A stretch of DNA of 64,000 nt. It comes from Phoronis australis (lineage: Eukaryota > Animalia > Phoronida). The stretch lies in assembly GCA_002633005.1 (NCBI GenBank), contig NMRA01000480.1:269923-333922 (forward strand), in the 5' to 3' direction. Of the stretch, positions 12,630 through 23,217 are shown piece after piece. The position numbers were made by a program, and so were the translations under genes. The notes under the pieces are model-generated. The model did not search any database. It was not told where the DNA came from and saw nothing but the letters and a program-made list of their open reading frames with translations. Position 1 is the stretch's first letter. Every line of letters starts with the position of its first letter.

Positions 12630-15600
12630 GGAGAATGCCACCCGATTTACTTGTTTACCGTCTTAATCAGTCTATATCCACATCGTATCTTATACTGTCG
12701 GCCTCACCTTGCCGAGAGGTATCATGTTAACCTGTGAGGAAGGTGAGAAACGACGCAGCGACGTCAGTGGTTCGTCTGCAGAGTAAATGCCGCTACATTG
12801 CCCTGCATCGTTCCCGCATGTCCAAAATATGAAGCTGCGAAGAAAGCGGGTATATCGTTTTTTCGACTTCCTCGAGAGCCCGAAATGCTTAGGAAAGGCT
12901 CGCGGTAGTGAAGAATGAAAGGTACGCTGTTAATAGCAAGTATGAGGCCGTGAAACATCTCCGTGTCTGTGGCCGGCATTTCGTCGACAGTGGTTTCTCT
13001 GACGAATTCCGGCTTACTAAAGAACTATCTTTACGTTCCGTTGCCTGTGCATGTTCACGGCGCCTCTCTAGACGGTATTTCGTGATCAGTGTATTCCGGT
13101 TCGAACTGATAGCCTGTGAAACCTAACGAAGTATTCTCATCCTAACCAATGCTCATATAAATCTGAAACAAAGTCTGTCTCATTAGATACAATTTGTAAT
13201 GCCTTGGGAATCTTTATTTAGAAATAAAAAATACAATATTCAACTTATTGTTACTGCACAACCTTTGCCCTGACGGTCTGTGGAAGGGGAACCCGGCTTC
13301 GCGGCCCCCGACAAGTAAGTAAATTATTCGTGGCTAATTCACATAAATAATTACGTGCAAATTATTTCTTTGGCTCACTGTTATAGTCTTTTCGTGGCTG
13401 GAAGTTTAGTTTCCAACTCAATGTGGTTTATCTTCGTGCCAGTCCCGGCGGCCGCGACGGCCCTGATCGGGTTCCGAGCCACTAGCCGGGATAACGAGTC
13501 AGTCCGGCCGCAACGGACATGATCGGGTTCCGAGCCGCTGGCCGGGAAAACAAGCGTTTTGTGTGTTTAGAACTCAAACAATCACAAGTCTAAACAACAC
13601 AGGTCTAGGTTTTCCTGTCTGTATTTCACGGAACTATACTCCGAATGTATCTCCGAACAGACCCCAAACTCCTGCTACGGACCTTGTTAAAGGAGCATGC
13701 CACCCAAAAAACAACCTAATTTGTTTCAATTTAGATCGAGTAGTTCTACTCCATAACGACAAGTGCGGTTGCGTTACCTGACACCTGACGGCAGACGTGG
13801 GTGTTGAAGTTATCCAATTACGTCATATGTTTCACACGCATTCTGTACAGCAGTTCATAACATTGGTTACTGGTGTCAGCTTATCGCTTGGAATCATCGT
13901 TTAGCACCAATAAATCATCAAACTTCGATGTAAAACCTTTGAAAATACACCGAGTTCTTACAAAAACGTGTTGCTTTATTTCGCTCTTAGGGATTTATTG
14001 GTATCTGGACACACCGTAGCCTACAAAGCTCGGCAGGCCAATAACAGGTCTGTAGCAGGAGTTTGGGGTGTGCTCGGAGATAATTTCGAAGTATTATCCG
14101 TGAGATACAGACAGGAGAACCTACATCTGTGTTGTTTAGACTTGTGATTTTCTGAGTTCTAAACACAAAACGCTTGTTATCCTGGCCAGTGGCTCGGAGC
14201 ACGATCAGGCCCGTCGCGGCCGGCCGGATTGACTCGTTATCCCGGCCAGTGGCTCGGAAACTGATCAGACATCACGAACAAACCAGCCAAACTTCAGTGG
14301 AAACTAAACTTCCAGTCAAGAAAATACTATACTAGTGAGCCAAAGTAATGTGCACGTGATTGTGTTGGTGAATTAGCCACAAAACTGCAAATCTACTTGC
14401 TCGGCCGGCGGCCGCGAATTTAGTTCCGCTTTGGCCACAGCACCGTCAGGGCAGAGGTTGTACAGTGACAATCATTGTTTGAGTAATGTAAATGTAAATA
14501 AAGATTCCCCTAACACCTGGTCGTGGGGTGGAAATCGGGTTGTTTCACAACAGTTTCTGCCAGCAAACACTAAATTAGCATGAGCTCACACGGCCTCGCG
14601 GTGTCCCGTCAATTAGTTTTATTGCACCTAAAGCCGGTAACGCAGTGATTTATTCATTGCTGGCTTCTCAAATCATTTCGTGCACTCACGAACACTCGAA
14701 AGGCATTACAAATTGCATCTAATGAGACAGACTTTGTTTCAGTTTTATAAAAGTATTGGTTAGGGTGAGAATAATTCATTTTGAAACAGAACGCTCAGTA
14801 GTAATAAACGCCAACATGGTAACTCGCAATCCCGACTTAGAACGAGCTAGAGCGGCTCATCAATCCCGACTTCGCAGGTGGATCATTAAGTCTTACAGGC
14901 TATCAATTCGAACAGGAATACAGTGATGAAGAAAAACTAGAGAGGCGCCGTGAACAAGCTCAGACAACGGAACGTATGGAGTTATTTGGTAAGCCGGCAT
15001 TCGTGAGGCACTGTCGACGTCGTCTGCAGGCCACAGACACGGAGATGTTTCACGGCCTCATACTTGCTATTTACAGCGTACATTTCACTCTTCACTACCA
15101 TGAGCCACTTCCTAAGCATTTTTGACTCTCGAGGAAGTAAAAAAAAACACGATATACTCGCTTTCCTTGCGGCTACTTAGTTCGGACAAGCGGGAACGAT
15201 ACACCGCAACATAGCGGCATTCACTCTTCATATGAACCACTGACGTCGCTAGCGTCGTTTCTCACCTTCCTCACAGGTTAACGCGACACCTCTTGGCAAG
15301 GTAAGGTCGACCGTATGCGAGGCGATGTGGAAATAGACCGCAAAAAAGACTAATTAAATCGGGTGGCATTCGCCTTTAAATTGTCCTGCCGAACTTTGTA
15401 GGCTACGGTGTGTCGAAAAAAATCCGTAACAGCGAAATAAAACAACACGTTTTTATAAGAACTCTGTGTATTTTTAAGGGTTTTTCATCGAATTTTGATG
15501 ATTTATTGGTGTTAAACGATGAATTCAAGCGATAAGCTGACACCAGTAACCTGTGTTTTGAACTGCTGAACAGACTGCGTTTGAAACCAATGACGTCATT

Positions 15601-15726
15601 AGATAATTTCAACACCTCGGTTTGCCGACAGGTGTCAGGTAACGCAACCGAACGTGCCGCTTTCGAGTAGAACTAATCGATCTAAATTGATACAAAATAG
15701 GTTGTTTTTTTGGGTGGCATTCTCCT
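12630..15726 (+). mobile_element. Kolobok-like element copy 2, interrupted by copy 3
   Basis: Left end GGAGAATGCCACCC at 12630 (TSD lost); right end GGGTGGCATTCTCCT followed by TTAA (15727-15730). Sequence before 13687 and after 15379 is contiguous when compared with the other copies. Confidence 0.85.
13691..15375 (-). mobile_element. Kolobok-like element copy 3, nested in inverted orientation within copy 2
   Basis: TTAA (13687-13690) AGGAGCATGCCACCC ... GGGTGGCATTCGCCT TTAA (15376-15379); full-length reverse-complement homologue of copy 1. Confidence 0.9.
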
Positions 15727-15737
15727 TTAACAACAAT

Positions 15738-15787
15738 ATCATCTTCATCATCCCCACTGTCATCATCATCATCATCATCATAATCAC

Positions 15788-15834
<47 letters not shown>

Positions 15835-16030
15835 CCACCATCACCACCATTATCGCCATCACCATCATCATCNTCACCATAATCACCATCACCACCATCA
15901 TCGCCATCATCACCACCATCATCATCATCACCATCATCATTATCATCATCATCACCATCATTGTGTCATCATTATTGTCACCCTCACTATCATCAGCATC
16001 AACAAATTTATTATTATCACCATCATCATC
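15738..16030. repeat. (ATC/ACC)n trinucleotide microsatellite
   Basis: Seen directly; explains the poly-I and poly-M ORFs; contains one N. Confidence 0.95.
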
Positions 16031-16102
16031 GTGTTTCATTAAATTTCAACACGTTTGAGTTTGCAAGGGTGTGCTTTTTAGTTTCTTTTCTCATTCAACT
16101 CG

Positions 16103-16240
16103 GCTACACCCACGTGTTGGCTAGCCCCACGTGTTGGCAACCCCCCACATGTTGGCTACCCTCACGTGTTGGCTACCCCCACGTATTGGCTAACCCCACA
16201 CGTTGGCTACCCCCAGGTGTTGACTACCATCACGTGTTTG
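16103..16240. repeat. 17-bp minisatellite, about 8 copies
   Basis: Consensus CTACCCCCACGTGTTGG. Confidence 0.9.
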
Positions 16241-17734
16241 TTGATTTGCAGTGAGCAGACGACTGATACGCAACATGACAACATTTAAAACAAGATCAAA
16301 GGTGAGTTCAAGAAATGCCGAACTCCTTTAATATAGCAACTTTATAATCAGCACAGAGTGGACAAACACATGAGAATGTTCTCTATGAACTAAATTTTTT
16401 TCGCTTTCGATCCCAACCGCCTATAGCGATAGTGAAGTGATTACAGACACATCCAAGACAGCGAAGGAATCGATTTATTCCAATCCACCCACTAAGCTTT
16501 CGTTAAGAGCTACTTGATTTAGTTTGCACAAGAAAATATCTTCTTTTATCCCTCCAATGAGCTATATACACATTAGCTCATTAAACCCTCGAAGACGAAA
16601 TGTAATTGGGAGGCAATCAAGATTTACTCTTAGCTACAGGTAAATGCAAGGGTCAAGGGTCAATACAGCGAGTGAATCGAAGTAAGACAGTGAAGATTGT
16701 GATTGACCATCGCCACACGTAGCATGTTAACGTGCACTTCAGGCATATACAACACTTTCAACTTTGGTCCTGTAGTTGGCATGCACGCAAACGATTACAA
16801 ATGGTCGTAGACCACAGAAACCTAAGGACCAATAAACGTATGGGATCTACCTCTGTATATTTTACCAAAAGGAACCAGAATACAGAGTGCATTCGCAACA
16901 TGTTAAGCTGTCTCCAAGTTTCAAAAAAAGAATCCGAATTGGTTTGTATACATGAAAACTAAAGGGATAACTTGGTTTCAGGGCCGAGACGCATTTCAAA
17001 TTGATTAGCTTTAACCGAAAACACGACCCGACCGGTGCTGTGTGTGATTTTCAGTAATAATAAATTGTCAATTCCGGACCGTCGTAGCTTCTCTCTAAAA
17101 TGGAGGCCGGAGAATATAACACCTGCGCTCAAATGTTTTGGTATTTACCTGTTGGATTTAAGTGTCGGCGATAAAGGTTAGGACTGATACTACCGAGGTC
17201 GGGACTTTCAACCTGTACGGGACTGTTCTTGATAAATGAGTTTTCTCGATGATTGCCTCACTTATCATTTATCAATGAGCTTCTCCTTATGTATCTAGTT
17301 AAAAATAACTTTGAGTAATTTAATGAATGCATATCAGCCTGAGAGTGCTGGTCTCTAGTATAAATAATATACGACTGCTTTCCGTCATAGACGACTAACT
17401 TTTGATCGGATTTAGAGCAGCGGCCGTTATGAATCTGGTCATAAACTGCTTCTCCGTCATGATTTTGAGGTGACTTCCGACCTATGAAATTATTCCAAAC
17501 ATAGAAATCACTCCTCATGAGTTAGAAACAAGTCGTTACTTTCTTTGACAGGACACGGGTTTGCACAAAGGAGAAGTTTTCAATATTTGTTTTCTCAATC
17601 CATGTGGCTGTACGGAAAATTTAATGCAACAAAGGTTGCATCTTCGGAGGCATTACTTTATTCATGTGCTTTTTGAAAGTGTGGCGTGTCCATGACAATT
17701 TCAGACAATTGTTTGAGACGACAACGGAGGCGCT

Positions 17735-17898
17735 GGCGAGTTCAGCCTCCCGTTCAGTAAGGCTAGGACCTCGCTAAAAGGCAAGACTTCGCGAGACTAC
17801 GTGAGATATTGCCGTGCACTTTAAATGAGAACACGTGACTTTGACTAGGTTTTAGCTAGGTCCTAGCGTAGGTCCTAGCGTCTACTGAACGCACGCCA
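17735..17898. mobile_element. Small TIR element (MITE, possibly Harbinger-like)
   Basis: CGTTCAGTAAGGCTAGGACCT (17751-17771) is an inverted match to AGGTCCTAGCGTCTACTGAACG (17870-17891); outer GGCG/CGCC ends. Confidence 0.5.
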
Positions 17899-18044
17899 GG
17901 TTTCATTAGTAACTACACGTATTGCATGAAGATATCTCGAATGCAGTGATGGTGGTTAAGAATGGATAAATACGATGACGAACACGAACAGAGAGATGAC
18001 GACGATATGGTTGTCATGAACTCTATGTCTTAATAACTACTTAC

Positions 18045-18257
18045 AATGTCCAGAAGCTGGGATAGTCTTAAACCTATGTAGACCGGAAGTGTGTCCGTGT
18101 TGTTACCAACTGGTCTGACCATTGAATTGTATCCACTATTGATCAACAAGTCGTCAAACAGTCGTTTGGCATCCATGCTTCCATCTACTACCTTACATAA
18201 CATGACGTAGGGGATGACGTAGGGCACGGCGAATATCACTAAGTTTCTCCACATCAT
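18045..18257 (-). CDS. Nicotinic acetylcholine receptor subunit (alpha-like), first coding exon
   Basis: Hydrophobic leader, then [37 protein letters not shown], the characteristic nAChR N-terminal helix and beta1. GTAAGT donor in phase 0 at 18044; TTTTTCAG acceptor ending at 18281, 23 nt upstream of the ATG, implies a non-coding upstream exon. Alpha versus non-alpha cannot be decided from this exon alone. Confidence 0.92.
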
Positions 18258-20196
18258 TTCGTTTTGAACTTAGTCGATTCCTGAAAAATAGACCGTGAGA
18301 TCATTTTGGGTATGTTATGAAGCAAGATTTACATAGTTGTATTATGAAGCATAGTTATAAATCAACCACAGGTTTAGAGGGATAGTCGATGGGATACGTT
18401 AGAACTTGGGTACTAGTAATAGGTGATCTTGTCCAATACAACCAGATGATTGACGAAAATCCAAGTCTGGGCGTCTCTTGGTGGTTTCAGCACAGATTTT
18501 GCGAATCACAGTATCTTTTGTTGATGGCATATTTACTCGACGCCTTCCATGATAGGCGCAATTCTCAATACGTTCGGTAGTATCGCAGATGATTAGCACG
18601 TCGGCACTGGCTTCTGGTATTTTTCAACAGTAATCAGTCTTTTCAACCGTTGCACTTGTTTAACCCTTGTCACTCTGAAATCAATGAATCGCCCTTTAGG
18701 TCTTAACTACAAGTCAGGTCAAGTGTCGGACAACACACGAAGCCAGGCGTGCAGTATCTTGTTACATCACAACGTAACAATATTTATTTCGGTTCATCTG
18801 GACCTATGAAACGACGATAACCAACACCGCGAATTCCGCGCGTTGGCATGTCTGGAGCGCATGTCTTGGGACGTCTGTCGGGTACACATGGTACGGGAGG
18901 GGAAGGAATGGTATTGTGAATCGATTTGTTGTTTTATTTAACAACATGTACTTATGCATGTGTCAAAACACGAATTTAGGTGGCATGCATCGATTCAGTC
19001 TTTCCTTGTGGTTGCAACAACCGTAAGCCAGAAAGCCATTTCTTAACAGATGAGGTAGTATATTGATGCATTTCTCAATATCAGTTATTCATACTGTGTG
19101 AATACAGAAATAAAGAATACAGAAAAAAGTCACGAACAGTAGAAAAATGCACCCCCGCAAAGGCAAAACTACAACTTCCCGATTCACATTTCTTGAACAT
19201 ATCGCAATTAAGCACCGATTTTCCTGAACAACTGACCACAAATTATATCCACATATACACTTCCTCCATAAGTCATGCCAGTTTGTTTTCATAAAGTGCT
19301 ACCTGTTGAGAATTCGACCAGCCAATCAGAAATTCCGGTGTAAAAAATATCCCGAGGAAAATTAAATGAGTGAACCTGCGTGTCCTATACCCCTACTAGA
19401 GAACACGCAGGGAACCAGCGAAGTAATCACTCAGGCAACCTTCGCGAGATCCTTGCACTTAGGGAACTCAACCAGGTGTTGTGATTGTAGTCCGTTAGCC
19501 GTTTATCCGCGGATGTTAATCCGTCAGCCATGCCATTTGAGTGCGTAAGCCATGTTTCATTGTGAGACCGAGCACGAGTTCACACTCCCTTGAGGGATGT
19601 TTAAAAGTGACGAACTATGTTAGTCGTGTGTGCGAGGGTTTGACATCCTCTATATGTGCCTAGGGTGCCATGAAATACTTGACTACTGAGCATGGCCATC
19701 CAGGAAAATCGATGTGTAGTATTGAACATCTGGCTGTTTTATGTCAGCTTTGCTCGCAAAAAGCTTGATCGGAGTAAATCGATGTCGTGGTTACTGTACC
19801 ATCGTTCACTACACGAGCGATGACTATCTTGTGTTAAAGAACGGCACTTAGTGATGATTCTTCTCGACTTCTATCCCGAGGGTTTTTTGAAAAGTCGCTC
19901 GATATTTAGTACTTGAGAGCTGAGAATGGCGACGTGTTTAAACATGCTGAAATCTCGAAAGGTCAAAGGAACACGATAGGAATGTACTTTCATTTATTCC
20001 ACTTACATCTACTTAACACCAGAGTTCACTTCCTCATCGTGTGTGCGCTTCAATGGTTTGATTCATTGTTCCAAGCACGCGTTGCATTGTTTAAATGCAA
20101 TTCGTGCCTACTCAGTGTCAGCCCTGAAAACAATTAATGCGGTTCGCGGGAAAGACACTTGAGTCGCAGAAACTAAACTGTGGTTAATGAAATGTG

Positions 20197-20443
20197 AGCT
20201 GCGGCTCACATAATCAGTGGGTCCTGAGCTGTGCGGGAGACTTCACGCCACGCATATAGCTGCGGCTCACATAATCAGTGAGTCCTGAGCTGTGCGGGAG
20301 ACTTCACGCCACGCATATAGCTGCGGCTCACATAATCAGTGGGTCCTGAGCTGTGCGGGAGACTTCACGCCACGCATATAGCTGCGGCTCACATAATCAG
20401 TGGGTCCTGAGCTGTGCGGGAGACTTTTCACGCATATAGCTGC
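20197..20443. repeat. 61-bp tandem repeat, 4 near-identical copies
   Basis: Unit AGCTGCGGCTCACATAATCAGTGGGTCCTGAGCTGTGCGGGAGACTTCACGCCACGCATAT; no unique spacers. Confidence 0.95.
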
Positions 20444-20712
20444 ACTTCTAAATGTAAACAGTTCCCAAGTTTAAGTTACACATTTTCATGTAATTTCCCA
20501 ATGGATTGGCGACAAATGACAAAAATGATGATGCATAACAATTTTAAATAAAATACTGTCGGGCATTTTAAGAGACACATAAAACAATCTAATCTATCAA
20601 AAATAATTATAACTAGCAGAAACAATAAGATTTTTCAAAATCACAACGGCCCGTAGTATTTGAACACATACCGCGGCCGTTTTGATGTATACTAAACATG
20701 TGATGGACTTAA

Positions 20713-22301
20713 AGTAGAATGCCACCCAAAAACAACCTATTTTGTATCAATTTAGATCGAGTAGTTCCACTCGATAATAGCAAGTTCAGTTGTTTTACCT
20801 GACACCTAACGGCAGACGGAGGTGCTGCAATTAACCAATGACGTAATCGGTTCGAACGCAGTCTGTTCAGCCGTTCACAACACGCTTACTGGTGTCAACT
20901 TATGACTTGAATTCATCGTTTTACGTGAATAAATCATTAAAATTCGATGTAAACCCCTAAGAAATACAACGAGTTCTTGAACAAACGTGTTGTTACGGAC
21001 TTAGCTACAGAGTTCGGTAGGCCAATTTACCGTGACCATGGTCAATCGCGGGAGTTTGAATTTGTTTGGTGATATATTCGAATCATTCTTCTGCGAAATA
21101 CAGACAGGGGAACATAGCTGTGTGTTGTACATTTAGACTTGCGATTTTTTCACTTCTAAACACACAAAACGCTTGTTACTCCCCTCCAGTGGCTCGGAAC
21201 CCCATCAGGCCCGTCGCGGCCGCCGGGACTGGACATCACGAATATAAACCAGGTTAAGTTGGAAACTAAACCTCCAGTCACGAAAAGACTATAATAGTGA
21301 GCCAAAAAATAATGTGCACGTAATTATTTAGGTGAATTAGCCACGAAACTGAAAATCAACTTATGTGTCGGGGGCCGCGAATTCAGGTTCCCCTTCCACT
21401 GATCGTCAGGCAAAGGTTGCATAGTAACAATGATTTGAATAATGTAATTGTATATCTAAATAAAGATTCCCCTAACATGTGACCATGGCATATAAAATCG
21501 AGTAATTGTTTCCCAACATCTTTCTGTCAGCAAACACTGAATTAGCTTGCGCTCACACGGCCTCTTGCCCTCAATCTAAAGCCGGTAACGCTGTGGTTTA
21601 TTCATTGCTGGCTTCTCAAATCATTTGCACTCACGAATACTATCTAATGAGACAGGCTTTGTTTCACTTTTATTTAAGCATTGGTTAGGGTGAAAATAAT
21701 TCATTTTGAAACAAAACACAGAATAATAAACGTCTACATGGCAACAATCCCGACTTAGTTGAGAGCTCATCCGACGAAGACTTCACGGGTCGGATCGTTA
21801 GGTTTCACAGGCTATCAGTTCGAACCGGATTACACTGATAAAGAAATACTAGGGAGGCGCCGTGAACATGCACAGACAACGGAACGTATGGATGGTTCAT
21901 TGGTAAGCCGGAATGCGTCAGAGAAGTCACTGTCGACGAAATGCCGGCCACAGACACGGAGATGTTTCACGGCCTCATACTTGCTATTAAAAGCGTACTT
22001 TTCATTCTTCAATACTGCGAGCCACTTCCTAAGCATTTCGGGCTCTCGAGGAAGCCGAATAAAACGACATACCCGCTTTCTTCGCAGCTGCATAGTTTGG
22101 ACAAGCCGGAACGATGCACCACAATATAGCGACATTCACTCTGCTGCAGATGAACCACTGACGTCGCTGCGGTGATTCTCACCTTCCTTACAGGTTAACG
22201 CGACACCTCTCGGCAAGTTGAGGTCAAACGTATGCGAGGCGACTTGGATATTGACCGACTAAGACTGTAAAAAGACCAATTAAATCGGGTGGCATTCGCC
22301 T
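20713..22301 (-). mobile_element. Kolobok-like element copy 4
   Basis: TTAA (20709-20712) AGTAGAATGCCACCC ... GGGTGGCATTCGCCT TTAA (22302-22305); THAP core RLPREPEMLRKW..LRVCGRHF on the minus strand; GYQFEPDYTDKE frame on the plus strand. Confidence 0.9.
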
Positions 22302-22688
22302 TTAAGTTTTCAAGCTGCTTCAACTGAACGGGTATATTGGAAGGGTGATTATGTTTTATTAACACAGTGTGGTCAAGTTGCAATAATGAGGTGAATAGTA
22401 GAAAATGTAGGGCATAGAGAATCCTACACGAGTCTCAGATTGATGACATGGGCAAAACCTCTTGGAAATTTCGTGAAAATCCCGGAAAAACGATTTTTGC
22501 CGAAAAACTCGACGTGTATAAAACTTTCAACCACATAACCCAACTTTTGTAAAAACACGCTTGCGCAATGTAAGGTAATTCAGTTACTTTTTGTTAATAG
22601 TTTTGTTTTAAACTCAGCAATTGTAAATTGCATTCAGCTTTCGTAGCAAATATTTAAGTTAGAATCTAGTAAATAGTCTTTGAAGTTG

Positions 22689-22976
22689 CATATAACATGG
22701 TCACATACTTAGAGCCGTGGTTGGTTGTTAGCAGACGTTTCGACCTGGTCCGCCAGGTCTTAGTCCATGAATGAGGGATTTCCTGCCTTTCAATCGGGGG
22801 GTAAGTGGAGTCCTCTGTCTCGGTTCACTCCAGCATTCTTAACTAGCGAAAGGCGGGAAATCTGTCATTCTGGAGGACCAGGTCGAAACGTCTGCTAACA
22901 ACCAACCACGTCTCTAAGTAAGTGACCATTTTATATACTACTGTAGCTCTAGAGACTGATGACGAACCTATTCTCC
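22689..22976. mobile_element. Foldback insertion with Penelope-like terminal sequence
   Basis: Inverted arms 22690-22756 and 22870-22936 extend inward with one indel; a hairpin followed by GAAACGTC; flanked by the 14-bp direct repeat AGTCTT(T/C)GAAGTTG (22675-22688, 22977-22990). Confidence 0.6.
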
Positions 22977-23217
22977 AGTCTTCGAAGTTGTAATATTAGA
23001 ACTTAAAAAAATGTTTATAAATAAGTCAGCAAGGCTTCCCCGCGCGTGAGCACTGAATTGGCCTTGTGACAATACAGCTAGACAGTCTCACCGCGTTTCT
23101 TGAGTTAGGGTTCGTTTCCGTTTGAATGAACGTGGATATGCCGATTTCCAGAAGTTGTTTGCATGTCATCCCGACTGGGAATACGTACAGTAGCGACACG
23201 CTATTTGTCAATCATGT

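Noticed and set aside
15635-16254. ORFs rich in Met, Ile or His
   Set aside because: Translations of an (ATC)n microsatellite.
20197-20443. CRISPR-like regular repeat
   Set aside because: Units are contiguous with no unique spacers, there are no cas genes, and the context is eukaryotic. The same applies to the 32-bp and 41-bp arrays.
21830-22135. Domesticated host THAP gene
   Set aside because: It lies inside a TIR/TTAA-bounded multicopy element, and the N-terminal CxxxxC is in another frame in this copy.
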